A stretch of DNA of 64,000 nt from Octopus vulgaris. Lineage: Eukaryota. Shown here piece after piece: positions 12,939 to 25,484 of this stretch. Where the stretch lies: the NCBI GenBank assembly GCA_951406725.2, contig OX597827.1, positions 40,982,001 to 41,046,000 on the forward strand, read 5' to 3'. The stretch's first letter is position 1. The number at the start of each line of letters is the position of its first letter. The notes under the pieces were generated by a model, which searched no databases, had not been told where the DNA came from, and worked only from the letters and a program-made list of their open reading frames with translations. The position numbers and the translations under genes were made by a program.

Positions 12939-13829
12939 ACTGTCCAACATATATTATACATACAATAGTACAATATGATTTGAAGGAGATTCAATTGCTA
13001 TTTTTATTATGTGCAGTCAACACCACAATCTCTCTCTCACATCACCTGATAAAGTAGAACTCCTGCTATGAAATGTATAAGGTTTGCCTCCCTCATAGAA
13101 GAAAAAACAGTCACTATCCAACTGTTAGTGATGTGTGGGTGAATAATAAGTATTTGAAGAAAACTGTTTACAAACTACTTAAGATGGCCAACAGATAAGT
13201 GACAATTAAGGTGGGATAGTAAAGGTCTCCTTATGGCAAAACTTCCTAATTTTCTGATTTCATTGGTGTTTTATTAGATTGTATTGTAGACTGCTCATAA
13301 CCTACATCCTCAATATCTTCTTACTATTAAAGTAGAAAAACAAAAACACTAGTGTTTATTCTTCTCACCAATGTAACCACAACCAATGCCAACATCAACA
13401 TCACCACCAATGCAGCCACCACCATCACCAATAGAGCCACTACTAACACTGCCACCAACACAAACAACAGAAGTCTCTTTGTGGTTGCTTGATCTGCTAG
13501 AAATACTCATCAAATTTCCTTCAAATCCCAAACTACCATCTTGAAATAAGGCAGGAAAACTGAATAATGTATGTTCTACATACACCATTCCTGAAAACAA
13601 CTGGAGTAGTCAAGGTTGGAAGTCTTTGCACACAAGGAGGATCATGCACTATAATTTTTTGCCCAGAACTCCTGCGTAAAGTGAGAAATGAGGAAAAAAA
13701 GGTGTTTTACAGGGGGTTTTCTCTAAAAACTTCAGTTTTCAACTGATTCTCTCCCTTTCCTCATTCTCTCTTTCTCTTGCTTACATGTTCTCTCCTAACC
13801 TCTGTAATAGTTCCTCTCTTTCAGTTTAT

Positions 13830-14008
13830 GCCTTCTTTCCTTCCTTCTTTCTCCCTCTATTTCCGTTCCTTCTCTCTTTCCTTCCTTCCTGCCTTTTTTC
13901 TTCCTTTCTCTCTCTCCCTCTTTCTTTCTTCCTTCCTTCCTCCTTCCCTCTTTCTTTCCTTCCTTCCTTTCTTTCTTTCTCCCTCCCTCTTTTTTCTTTC
14001 TTTCTTTC
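13830..14008. repeat. (TTCC/TTTC/TC)n polypyrimidine microsatellite, followed by a family A SINE tail (14009-14075)
   Basis: Direct reading. Confidence 0.9.
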
Positions 14009-14074
14009 TGTTCGACTAAAGGCAGTGCTCCAGCATGGCCACAGTCAAATGACTGAAACAAGTACAAGAATAAA

Positions 14075-14120
14075 ATATTACCGCATTTTAATCCTGAGCA
14101 ATGTCGGGTATCTCTGCTAG
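14075..14120 (+). mobile_element. Helitron 3' terminus fragment
   Basis: CCTGAGCAATGTCGGG hairpin followed by TATCTCTGCTAG|T, same end as at 31244 and 45799. Confidence 0.65.
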
Positions 14121-14690
14121 TTTGCAATAAATTGCTTATACATCAACAATACACATAATACTTTTAACATTCTTTTTTCATAGTAAAGATTATTTGCCAG
14201 CATAACATGGCAGTCCTAGTTTAGAACAAATGTTGCAGTAATTTAGCCCCAGGAGACATTGTCTTCAGCTGGCTATACGACACAATCTGTGTTCTTATAT
14301 TTTCAAACAAGGGAATATAGCACCCCCACTCAGCTCAAAACAATATCTGTGTATTGCGATTTCCAGGTTATTTCCCTTCATCAGCATAGAATAATTGTTT
14401 GGCTAGAGGTGGCACTGCCAAATTCCCATTTGAAATATATAGTTTTCAAAGTGACAACTAGTCACTGATCTATAAATTAGAAAATTACATGTTTTTTTTT
14501 ACTGTTGCTGAAAATCTCTCATTGTGAGATTTAAAAATAGTAATCTTTTTTTATGATTCATAATAATATTTAATTATAACACCATAATGTAATTTTTAAC
14601 ATCAAATAGTTATGGAGGGGTGGTCATCCACATAAAATGGGAATCAAAAGGGTCCATAGGCAAAAAATGGTTGAGACCCTCCTATAATGT

Positions 14691-14993
14691 TTTTGTTTGT
14701 TCCTTCTTGAGCCATCCCTGACTCAAAAGGGCTGGTTTCCCAGTTTCCTTGGCATATAGGTTCCCCACCTGGATGGGACACCGGTCTGTCGCAAGTGAGC
14801 TGCAAGATGCAGGAGGAAAGAGTGAGAGAAAGTTGTGGCAAAAGAGCAGCAGAAGTTCGCCATCATCTTCTGCTGGAGCCGCATGGAGCTTAGATGTTTC
14901 GCTCGTAAACATACACATCACCTGGTCTGAGATTTGAACCCTTGATCCCTCGACCACGAGTCCGCTGCTCTAACCACTAGGTCATGTGCCTCC
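14691..14993 (-). mobile_element. SINE family B with 12-bp TSD
   Basis: TSD CTCCTATAATGT at 14679-14690 and 14993-15004; matches 55539-55822. Confidence 0.9.
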
Positions 14994-15516
14994 TCCTATA
15001 ATGTAGTCCTAGTAATAATAGTTGATTTAAGCAATACTCAGTACTTTTCTTTCTTTACCTCAGTATGGTAAAAGACAAAGTGGGCCCTGGTAGGAATTGA
15101 TCATAGAACACAAAGAATCTAGCTAAGCTAAATACAGTAAGATATTCAAACTCAAACTGGTGCCCACTGGCTTTTTTTTTTCTGTCCTTCCACCTCCTCA
15201 GACACCATTACCATCAACATATTTCTATTTCCCACACAGCCTTACTATTATCATGAGATGCCAAGAGAAAGAGAGAGAGGTGGAAGAGACAGAGTGGGAG
15301 GGAAAGATTAGTAATATTAAATTTTCTTTAAACATCCATACTTGAATTGCCTCTTCCTCCATACCCACTTACTCTGCTGATGTGTGTAAGGTGATGGTTT
15401 GTTTTTTTAACCTTTGACCAACATTCTACAGGAAGTTATCATCCTTTAGAGACCAATGAAGAAAATGGACCAAGTATTTCAGTACACAAGTAATGAAGTT
15501 TCTCTCACCATTGCTC

Positions 15517-15550
<34 letters not shown>

Positions 15551-15553
<3 letters not shown>

Positions 15554-15770
15554 GGTGAGGTTAATAAACTGTCATCTAAATTATGCAAAAATGAAAATAA
15601 CATTGTCATTTCATTTTAAAAGATATGTTTACCAAAATTACTTACAAATATCTTGAAATACTAAAGAGTAAATTTCTTCAATAAAATCGCCATTGGCTTC
15701 AACCACAGCCTCCAGACAACTTTGGAATCTCCTGCAACTCTTCTGGACAATCTCCTTGTTTAAGTTGGTC
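15551..15770 (-). mobile_element. Tc1/mariner (maT-like) 3' end remnant
   Basis: CAGGGTG TIR start; minus strand encodes NLNKEIVQKSCRRFQSCLEAVVEANGDFIE, a typical transposase C-terminus. Confidence 0.75.
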
Positions 15771-15897
15771 ATTTACATTTCATTCCATAACGACAACCTC
15801 TGAGGAGTACAGGGTAACATAATCACACCGTTAAACTCCTAGTGTGAAACTGATTGATAAGATCAGCCATAATGATATAAAATACTGTACACTTCAA

Positions 15898-17020
15898 GAC
15901 GCTGCTAGTAAGGTGAGGGTTGGCAACGAGTACAGTGAAGAATTCCGGGTAGAGGTAGGGGTCCACCAAGGCTCAGTCCTCAGCCCCCTCCTATTTATCA
16001 TAGTCCTCCAGGAAATAACGGAGGAATTCAAGACAGGATGCCCTTGGGAGCTCCTCTATGCTGATGACCTTGCTCTAATTGCTGAGTCACTATCAGAACT
16101 GGAGGAGAAGTTTCAGGTGTGGAAACAAGGATTAGAATCGAAGGGCCTTAGAGTCAATCTAGCTAAAACCAGAGTCGTAATCAGTAGGAAGGTAGACCTT
16201 CCTACTATCACAAACGCCTTCAGGTAGATGGCCCAGCTCGATCTGTAGAAAAGGTGTAGGTAGAAACTCTATAAGATGCACCAAGTGTAAGCTATGGACA
16301 CATAAGAGGTGCAGCAATGTCAAAGAAAGGCTAACTAGGAAGATGGTTTTTGTATGTGGCAGATGCTCTGGAACAATAAACACTGAAAATGCTCTGAGAC
16401 CAACTTCCGTCACTTTCCAGGGAGAAAAACTAGAAATAGTTGATAGCTTCCGTTACCTAGGTGACCAAGTCAGCAGCGGGGGCGGGTGTGCTGAAAGTGT
16501 AACTGCTAGAGTAAGAATAGCTTGGGCAAAGTTCAGAGAGCTCTTACCTCTGCTGGTGACAAAAGGCCTCTCACACAGAGTAAAAGACAGACTGTATGAT
16601 GCGTGTGTACGAACAGCCATGCTACATGGCAGTGAAACATGGGCCGTGACTGCTGAGGATATGCATAAGCTCGCAAGAAATGAAGCCAGTATGCTCCGAT
16701 GGATGTGTAATGTCAGTACTCATACTCGGCAGAGTGTAAGTACCTTGAGAGAAAAGCTGGACCTAAGAAGCATCAGTTGTGGTGTGCAAGAGAGACGTTT
16801 GCGCTGGTATGGGCATGTGGCGAGAATGGATGAAGATAGTTGTGTGAAAAAGTGCCACACCCTAGCGGTTGAGGGAACCTGCGGAAGAGGCAGACCCAGG
16901 AAAACCTGGGACGAGGTGGTGAAGCACAACCTCCGAACTTTAGGTCTCACTGAGGAAATGACTAGAGACCGAGACCTCTGGAAGTGTGCTGTGCGCGAGA
17001 AGACCCAGCAGGACAAGTGA
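15898..17020 (+). pseudogene. RTE ORF (RT C-terminal half with PHD-like finger), one frameshift near 16200-16220
   Basis: ORFs 15844-16227 and 16343-17020 are joined by the frame running SGRWPSSICRKG... from 16220. Confidence 0.9.
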
Positions 17021-17556
17021 GACCATAACCTGTGACCTTCTACATGGGATGGAGCCAGCCTACGTATGCATACCTTCCCTTCTTGGGACACAAAACTCTA
17101 CTTGTGAAGACCTGTTGAGGCAAGTGAGGATCAGAATCGAAATCGATCAATGGAAATTGCAGATGAGTTACCAGTGCCGGTGGCATGTAAGAGAACCATC
17201 CGTTCGTGACCATTGCCAGCACCGCCCCGACTGGCCTCGTGCCAGTGGCACGTAAAAAGCACCATCCATTCGTGTCCATTGCCAGCCTCGCCTGGCCCCC
17301 GTGCCAGTGGCACATAAAAACACCATCCGTTTGTGGCCGTTTGCCAGCTCTGTCTGGCACCTGTGCGGGTGGCACGTAAAAAGCACCCACTACACTTACG
17401 GAGTGGTTGGCATTAGGAAGGGCATCCAGCCGTAGAAACACTGCCAGATCTGACTGGGCCTGATGAAGCCTTCCAGCTTCACAGACCCCAGTTGAACTGT
17501 CCAACCCATGCTAGCATGGAAAACGGACGCTAAACGATGATGATGATGATGATGAT
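15898..17556 (+). mobile_element. 5'-truncated RTE-clade LINE with 3' UTR minisatellite and (GAT)n tail
   Basis: RT motifs GVHQGSVLSP and ELLYADD; C-terminal RRLRWYGHVARM and RGRPRKTW; ~63-bp tandem units at 17174-17390; CCATGCTAGCATGG hairpin before (GAT)n. Confidence 0.95.
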
Positions 17557-18619
17557 ATCCATTTTCGGTGCTTGCCTGGGTCAGATAACTATATTATTGA
17601 GGTGTTTTGTTTTATAGCCAATTGCTCTTCCTGACATTAAGCCTTACCTATTTCTTAAGTAATGGATATCTTATTCCACAAAGCTTCAAAGGCCTGAAGC
17701 AAGCAGGTGATTTATTGACACGAGAAGTTCTATCAAAAACAGCACGCAAACATCATGTCTTTCATGTAAGTGAACAGCAAATGTAAACAAACTCTAAAAG
17801 ACATGTGTACAAGACACAAGGTGCATTATACGTAAAGGAAAAGATCTTAGTCTGTTACTATAATCTCATTTACATCTAGAATGCTATACAGGAATACTAA
17901 ATTGATTGGTGCTTTATCAAACCCAGAAGTATGGAATACAAGTTTGACCTAAGCATAATTTGAACTTAAAACATAAGGAGTGACAACTAAATACAGTAAC
18001 GCACTTTGTCCACTGCTCTAATGATTCTGGCAAACCACTGTCTAAGATGGGATGGCCATGGCTGGAATACTTTTTATCAGGGGACTGCTCAATCAGAGGA
18101 CCTGATGATAAACAACAACTACATGCATGGCCACTGATGTTTACATCTCACACACACACACAATCTAGTGTTATACACTTAAGGTTTGATTGTTACTTAA
18201 TAAGAAGAGACAGTAGGTTTTGCTGCCATTATCATTCTCACATCATTATTTGCTTCAAGATGCTACCACCACCACCACCACCACCACTGTAGTCTCCACT
18301 TCTACTACTATCATAGCCTAGTACAGCTGTGCTGAAGCTAATTATCAGCAGGAAATGTTATATTATTTCCTGATGAAGAGTGTCAACATCTTCTTGTCTA
18401 CTTACACCTTTACACATACAACCACACACATACTACTAAGAGAGGGAAGCAAAGAAATTTTCAAGAGACAAGACACACAGACTTTATATCATCATAAACC
18501 CACATACACACACTTACAGAAACAAAACAAAAAAAAAACTATGCCACAAATACTTTCTATTATTAAGTAGATGTCTAAAAACTCATGTCTGCTGAAGTTA
18601 CAGGAGAATAAATGCTGTG

Positions 18620-18645
18620 CTGATGATGCCCAATGAGGTAGAAAC
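18620..18645 (+). ncRNA. Degenerate hammerhead-ribozyme core
   Basis: CTGATGA-TGCC-CAATGA-GGTA-GAAAC, but no G-UH or stem I downstream. Confidence 0.3.
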
Positions 18646-19262
18646 AATATAGAGATAGTAAAAAATTTTTTGTTGTATGGGTATTTAATATCTCCTTATT
18701 CATCTTTATTGTTCATATTCATGTCACTGATCACTATGTGTTATTTTTCACAGCTCATTTTTGTTTATATAGCAGGTCTCTATTTATCAGTTTTCTGATC
18801 TGATGCGTAAACACATGCACACACACACACACACACACACAAACAGCATATCAATATCATCATTTAACATCTGTTCTCCATGCAGGCATGGGCTAGACAG
18901 TTTGACAGAGTACTGCCCAGAGCTTCTCAAATGCCCATGAAGATTTTAAAGCTGATATGGTTGAGAGAGAGAGAGAACTGTGCATCAATGTATAGATGCC
19001 GAGGGATTATGGAACCTCAAAGAGAAAAAACTCAAAGAACATTAATCAGTTTTAATCAATTTCACAGCTAAATGTTGGTAAGTGTCTTTTTTGAAGTAGA
19101 AAACACTTCTCTATGATGCTGTAAAGTGGGACTGAACCCGAACCCACAAGTGGATTTGTTTTGGGTTTTTTTACAGTGGACTGTTGAAATGCAAGTGAAA
19201 TTTTAAATAAAAAAACTGTAACTCTACAATAAATAATAACACCATTGAATTTGAATTTTTAA

Positions 19263-19555
19263 TCTATATATATCAAGGTGAGAATGTGTGTCTGCTGTCT
19301 GTCTGTGTGAATCCCTAAAACTCGAAAACTACACAACTGATTTCATTCAAATTTTACACGTGCCTTACTTATGGTCCATGCCATTTTCAACTTCTTGCCT
19401 AATGTGAGCTCAAAGAAATCTCTTATCTCTTACACTATTTCAATATTACATCTCAAAAGTGAAACAATAACATCTCAATTGTAATGTGACACACTTTCAG
19501 TTTAATAGTTTCACTATTAATACTGAAACTATTGAAGTGAAACTATTATCTCATA
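19263..19555 (+). mobile_element. Helitron 5' portion running into the TA satellite
   Basis: A|TCTATATATATCAAGG...GTGTGTCTG...AAAACTACACAACTGATTTC resembles the Helitron 5' ends at 29505 and 45403. Confidence 0.6.
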
Positions 19556-19594
19556 TATATCTTGCATATATACATACATTTATGTATATGAGTA

Positions 19595-19602
<8 letters not shown>

Positions 19603-19633
<31 letters not shown>

Positions 19634-20214
19634 AATAATGTATATATATAATATAAATAAAATATACATATATATAATATAAATAATATATACATATATA
19701 CATAATATAAATAAAATATACATATATACATAATATAAATAAAATATACATATATATAATATAAATAATATATATATATATACATAATATAAATAATATA
19801 TATATATATATACATAATATAAATAATATATATATAATATAAATAATATATATATAATATAAATAATATATATATAATATAAATAATATAAATAATATAT
19901 ATATATATAATATAAATAAATATAAATATATATATATATATATATAATATAAATAATATATATATATATATATATATAATATAATATAAATAATATATAT
20001 ATATATAATATAAATAATATAAATAATATATATATATATATATATATATAATAATATATATATATATATATAATATAAATAATATATATATATATATAAT
20101 ATATAATATATATATATATATATATAATATAAATATATATATATATATATATATAATATAAATAATATATATATATATATATAATATAAATAATATATAT
20201 ATATATATAATATA

Positions 20215-20261
<47 letters not shown>

Positions 20262-20376
20262 AATAATATATATATATAATATAATATAAATAATATATAT
20301 ATATATATAATATAATATATATATATATATATATAATATAATATATATATATATATATATATAATATATAATATAT

Positions 20377-20413
<37 letters not shown>

Positions 20414-20469
20414 ATATAAATATATATATATATAATATAAATATATAAATAATATATATATATAATATA

Positions 20470-20511
<42 letters not shown>

Positions 20512-20543
20512 ATATAAATAATATATATATATATATATATAAT

Positions 20544-20578
<35 letters not shown>

Positions 20579-20886
20579 ATATATATATAATATATATATA
20601 TATAATATAAATAATATATATATAATATATAATAATATATATATATATATATATAAATAATATATATATATATATATAATATAAATAATATATATATATA
20701 TATATAATATAAATAATATATATATATATATAATATAAATAATATATATATATATATAATATAAATAATATATATATATATATATATATATAATATAAAT
20801 AATATATATATATAATATAAATAATATATATATATAATATAAATAATATATATATATATAATATAAATAATATATATATATATTAT
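19603..20886. repeat. Compound satellite AATATAAATAA(TA)n
   Basis: Direct reading; source of the Ile/Tyr-only ORFs. Confidence 0.97.
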
Positions 20887-21116
20887 AAGGCGGTGAGCTG
20901 GCATACACGTTAGCACGCCGGGCGAAATGCGTAGCCGTATTTCGTCTGCCGTTACGTTCTGAGTTCAAATTCCGCCGAGGTCGACTTTGCCTTTCATCCT
21001 TTCGGGATCGATAAATTAAGTACCGGTTACACACTGGGGTCGATATAATCGACTTCATCCCTTTGTCTGTCCTTGTTTGTCCCCTCTGTTTGGCCCCTTG
21101 TGGGTAGTAAAGAAAT
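20887..21116 (+). mobile_element. SINE family C, young full-length copy inside the satellite
   Basis: AAGGCGGTGAGCTGGC head, GAGTTCAAATTCC B box, CpGs retained; near-identical to 49839-50070. Confidence 0.92.
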
Positions 21117-21173
21117 ATATATATATATATATAATATAAATAATATATATATATAATATAAATAATATAATAA

Positions 21174-21698
21174 GGAGGAAGAAGAACTAAAAGAAGGACT
21201 GGAAGAGCTAAAGGAAAAGAAAAAGCTCAAGCAGGACCAAAGAGTGAAACAACCAGAAATAGAAGTGGAACCGCAAAGGATGGAACCAAACAGCGCACAC
21301 GGGTGTGTATGTTCTACCTGAGAGGTTCCTGCTGGCATGGAAAGGAAGGTGCAGGCTGCCGCTTTGCACATCGGGGACCCTGCCACAGAGACACGAGGCA
21401 GATGGACAAACCATCAACACAAAGAAAAGGGATGGACCACGCACCACCTGCCCCAAAGCGGAGGTACGCAGATGTTGTGCGCGCCACAAACAGCCAACAT
21501 GATGTTGTCGAAAGAGCAGCTGCTGAGCAACAATCTTTTTTGTGCATGGCACAAAAGATTGTACAGCAGCTGACCTGGCTTCATCAAACCCAAGCCCGCA
21601 GGTGGGACTACCCACTATATACCAGACCACCACAGCAAACAGACACAGGATGGACACCGCCGGCAACAACGTACACCTCACCTCGATACTCCTACTGA
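21174..21698 (+). CDS. LINE ORF1 C-terminal part with CCCH zinc finger
   Basis: Frame open from 21174 (basic GGRRTKRR...) through CMFYLRGSCWHGKEGAGCRFAH to the stop at 21698; overlaps the ORF2 start. Confidence 0.7.
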   Translation, partial: GGRRTKRRTGRAKGKEKAQAGPKSETTRNRSGTAKDGTKQRTRVCMFYLRGSCWHGKEGAGCRFAHRGPCHRDTRQMDKPSTQRKGMDHAPPAPKRRYADVVRATNSQHDVVERAAAEQQSFLCMAQKIVQQLTWLHQTQARRWDYPLYTRPPQQTDTGWTPPATTYTSPRYSY

Positions 21699-22627
21699 AC
21701 ATCAGAGGACTGCAAACACTCAGTAACAGGACAAAGATCCCGTTCCTGAGAGACTTTGTTGCATGCAATCAAGCCATATGCATAGCACTTACAGAAACGC
21801 ACCTGAAACCGGACATAGCAGATGCGGAGTTACACATACCACAGTATGTTGTACTACGGACCGACAGGAAAGAAAGGAGTCATGGAGGTGTTGCTATGTA
21901 CATCCGTGAGGACCTCACACCCCAGGTCCTCTTGTCATACTCAAACTCGGTGTGTGACACACTAATTGTACATATTAAGCAACTTGATGTAGTTGTGTGT
22001 GCTACATATCGCCCTCCAGATGCCCCAAGCCATGTGGGCAAGTTTGAAGACTGTCTTATAAAAATAGAAGAAATTCTAACCACATTAGAACAACACATAG
22101 GTGTGCTTCTTATGGGAGACTTCAATCTGCCCAATGTCAGATGGCCCGAGGGCCTTTCTCTCCCAGGAATGACAAGATGTGAACGAGGACAGGCGAGGTC
22201 CCTCCTGAACCTCATCAACACCCTGTACATGGAGCAGGTAATACTCCAACCAACCAGGGCAGGTAACACACTGGATCTCTGCTTCACAAATGACATGGAT
22301 CTCATCCATAATGTGAAAGTGACACCGACACTACTCTCGGATCACAACATGATAGAGCTGACCATGTACGGGCCAAAAGAGAGCACGGACATGCAGCCTA
22401 CAAGAAACCCTCAAAATCTTTCCAGCTTGAACTACCATAAGGCAAACTGGAAACAAATTGAGAAAGAGATCCTCAAACAAAACTGGCCTAAATGTCTCTC
22501 CTCGCCAGACATCGACGTGAAACTTCAACAATTCATGTCTGTAATGCAAGCCATATGCTACAAATGTGTCCCAGAGAAAAGGCCACTGTACACAAGAACA
22601 AAATCCCCAGAGAGAGGAAAATCTTAA
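21542..22627 (+). CDS. LINE ORF2 AP-endonuclease domain
   Basis: NIRGL, LTETHL, YRPP, MGDFNLP, TLDLCF and SDHN motifs; frameshift near 22580 into the RT frame. Confidence 0.93.
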   Translation: MHGTKDCTAADLASSNPSPQVGLPTIYQTTTANRHRMDTAGNNVHLTSILLLNIRGLQTLSNRTKIPFLRDFVACNQAICIALTETHLKPDIADAELHIPQYVVLRTDRKERSHGGVAMYIREDLTPQVLLSYSNSVCDTLIVHIKQLDVVVCATYRPPDAPSHVGKFEDCLIKIEEILTTLEQHIGVLLMGDFNLPNVRWPEGLSLPGMTRCERGQARSLLNLINTLYMEQVILQPTRAGNTLDLCFTNDMDLIHNVKVTPTLLSDHNMIELTMYGPKESTDMQPTRNPQNLSSLNYHKANWKQIEKEILKQNWPKCLSSPDIDVKLQQFMSVMQAICYKCVPEKRPLYTRTKSPERGKS

Positions 22628-24645
22628 TGAGACGGCGTACGAAATTTTCAAATCGCCTAAACAAACAGATTGAAAGCAGTGAAAAGTCCCGCCTAAAAAT
22701 AAAACTGTTGGAAATCGAAAAATGTCTGCAACTCTCCCATGAAAAAGAAAGAGCAGACAAAGAAGCCTGGGCTATAGAAAACATAAAATCTAACCCCAGA
22801 GTTTTCTACAGGTATGCCAAAGAAACAGCTACAGTGCACTGTAGAATAGGGCCACTCCTCGAAAAGGATGGCACACTTACAGGAAAACCAATGAGGGTAA
22901 GTGAAATACTGAATGAGCAATTCAAGAGTGTTTTCACTCCACCCCTTGGGCATCTCCAAATCACCAATCCAACTGACTTTTTTACCACTGCAGATATAAA
23001 ATCAGAGGCGGCGACGATAGATTACATCGATATAAAGGAAGACGATGTAACCAAGGCTATAGATGAAATGAAAACAGACTCAGCTACTGGCCCCGATGGA
23101 TTCCCGGCAATCCTCCTAAAAGCATGTAAGAGAGTCCTAGCAAGACCACTGCAGTTCCTCTTTCAGAGCTTCCTTGCAGCTGGTAAATTTCCAGGAAAAC
23201 TGAAGGAAGGTAAAATATGCCCCATTCATAAAGGAGGTAGCAGAGCGGAAGCCAAGAACTATAGACCTATCTCTCTGACCTCACACATCAGCAAGGTCAT
23301 GGAACGAATAGTCAGAAGGAAGCTGATCACCTTCCTTGAAGAGAATGACTTGCTGCCCGACACCCAACATGGTTTCCGACCAGGGAGAAGCTGTTTAACT
23401 CAGCTCCTACAACACTATGACTGGGTGCTGAAACGGCTGCTCAACCACTCAAATATGGAAGTGATATATCTCGACTTTGCAAAGGCCTTTGATAAAGTCG
23501 ATCATGGAATGATATGTCACAAACTGCGTGATCTCAACATAGTTGGAAAACTGGGAGAATGGCTTCATGACTTTCTGAAGGATAGAAGTCAGGTGGTAGT
23601 AGCCAATGGGGCCACCTCCATTAACACACAAATAGTGAGCGGTGTTTCGCAGGGCACTGTTCTGGGACCACTACTGTTCATAATGGCCCTCTCAGACATG
23701 CCCTCAGCCACGCAGAGAGCCACGATCACAAGTTATGCAGATGATGCAAAAGTTTCACAGGCAATACAGAACCCTGAGGACACTAAACACCTGCAATGTG
23801 AGCTGGACGAAATATACAAGTGGGCTGAAAAGAATAGCATGCAGTTCAATGTTGGAAAGTTTCAAGCTTTATACTATCAGCATGCAAAACTGAATGCAAT
23901 ACCCAATGAATACACTGGACCCGGAGGGATTGCAATCCCAGAGGCACAATCAGTGCGTGACCTGGGTATTCACATGAGTGATGACGCGACCTTTCATGTA
24001 CATGTTGCTAAACTGACAATGAAATGTAGACGGCTGGCTGGATGGATTCTTAGAACCTTTAGAACAAGAGAACAAGAAACCATGATGGTCCTCTGGAAGA
24101 CACTTGTCCTAAGCCACTTTGACTATTGCTCTCAGCTATGGTCACCATCCAGTGTCAAGTTGATCACAGAACTTGAGGCGATCCAACGAAGCTACACAAA
24201 GAAGATAGCCTCTATGCAGAATGTAAGCTACTGGGAAAGACTCAAGAGATTAAAATTATATTCCCTGGAGCGTAGGCGGGAAAGATATGCCATAATATAC
24301 ATCTGGAAGATCCTGGAGAGAAGTGTCCTGAACTTTGGCATCGAGAGTTACGCAAATGCCAGAACTGGGCGCCACTGCGTGGTGCCAAGGACTCCAAACC
24401 TGCCATCAAGATGTAGGACAAGATTCTGTGATAGCCTGGGCTTCCGAGGCCCACAGCTCTTCAATATCCTCCCGAAGAACCTGAGAGACCTGCATGGGGT
24501 GGATACAGATGTCTTTAAAATGAAGCTGGATCTCTTCCTGTCAGGTGTCCCAGATGAACCAACTTCACGGCAGGAGGGGCAGATGAGGGCAGCTGCATCG
24601 AACTCTCTCATGCACCAAATAGCAGTTGCTAGAAAGCCTCCATGA
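22580..24645 (+). CDS. LINE ORF2 reverse-transcriptase domain
   Basis: NYRPISLTS, QHGFRPGRSC, YLDFAKAFDKV, SGVSQGTVLGP (Ser where Pro is usual), YADD, LERRRERY. Confidence 0.95.
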
Positions 24646-25003
24646 AGTGAAACCAAGTAGCAACACCAAATGGCGGTGCCCCAGCATGGCCACAGCTCAT
24701 AAGCTGAAACTAGAATCAATCAATCAATCAATCAATATATATATATATATATAATATAATATATATATAATATAAATAATGTATAAAAATAATGTATATA
24801 CATAATATAAATAAGATATATACATAATATAAGTAAGATATATACATAATATATAATGTATATGTGTGTATATATATATAATGTATATGTTTATATATAT
24901 ATAATGTATATGTGTATATATATATAATTTATGCGTATGTGTATATATATATATATATATATATAATTTATATGTGTATGTATATATATATAATTTATAT
25001 GTG

Positions 25004-25059
<56 letters not shown>

Positions 25060-25064
25060 ATGTG

Positions 25065-25108
<44 letters not shown>

Positions 25109-25195
25109 ATGTGTATGTATATATATATATATATATATATAATTTATATGTGTATGTATATATATATATATATATATATAATTTATATGTGTATG

Positions 25196-25226
<31 letters not shown>

Positions 25227-25234
25227 GTGTATGT

Positions 25235-25265
<31 letters not shown>

Positions 25266-25411
25266 ATGTGTATGTATATATATATATATATATATATAAT
25301 TTATATGTGTATGTATATATATATATATATAATAATTTATATGTGTATGTATATATATATATATATAATTTATAAGTGTATGTATATATATATATATATA
25401 ATTTATATGTG

Positions 25412-25482
<71 letters not shown>

Positions 25483-25484
<2 letters not shown>

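Larger units (their letters stand above)
21174..24736 (+). mobile_element. CR1-group LINE, truncated within ORF1, (AATC)n tail
   Basis: ORF1 fragment, APE and RT ORF2, short 3' UTR with two hairpins, (AATC)n at 24714-24736. Confidence 0.95.

Noticed and set aside
17460-17530. CTGATGA in the RTE tail as a hammerhead core
   Set aside because: No stem II-GAAA arrangement, and other copies read CTGGTGCA
19546-21058. 456-aa and 492-aa Ile/Tyr ORFs, and similar ORFs across 24912-29230
   Set aside because: Translations of TA-based satellite that happens to lack stops in some frames; not genes
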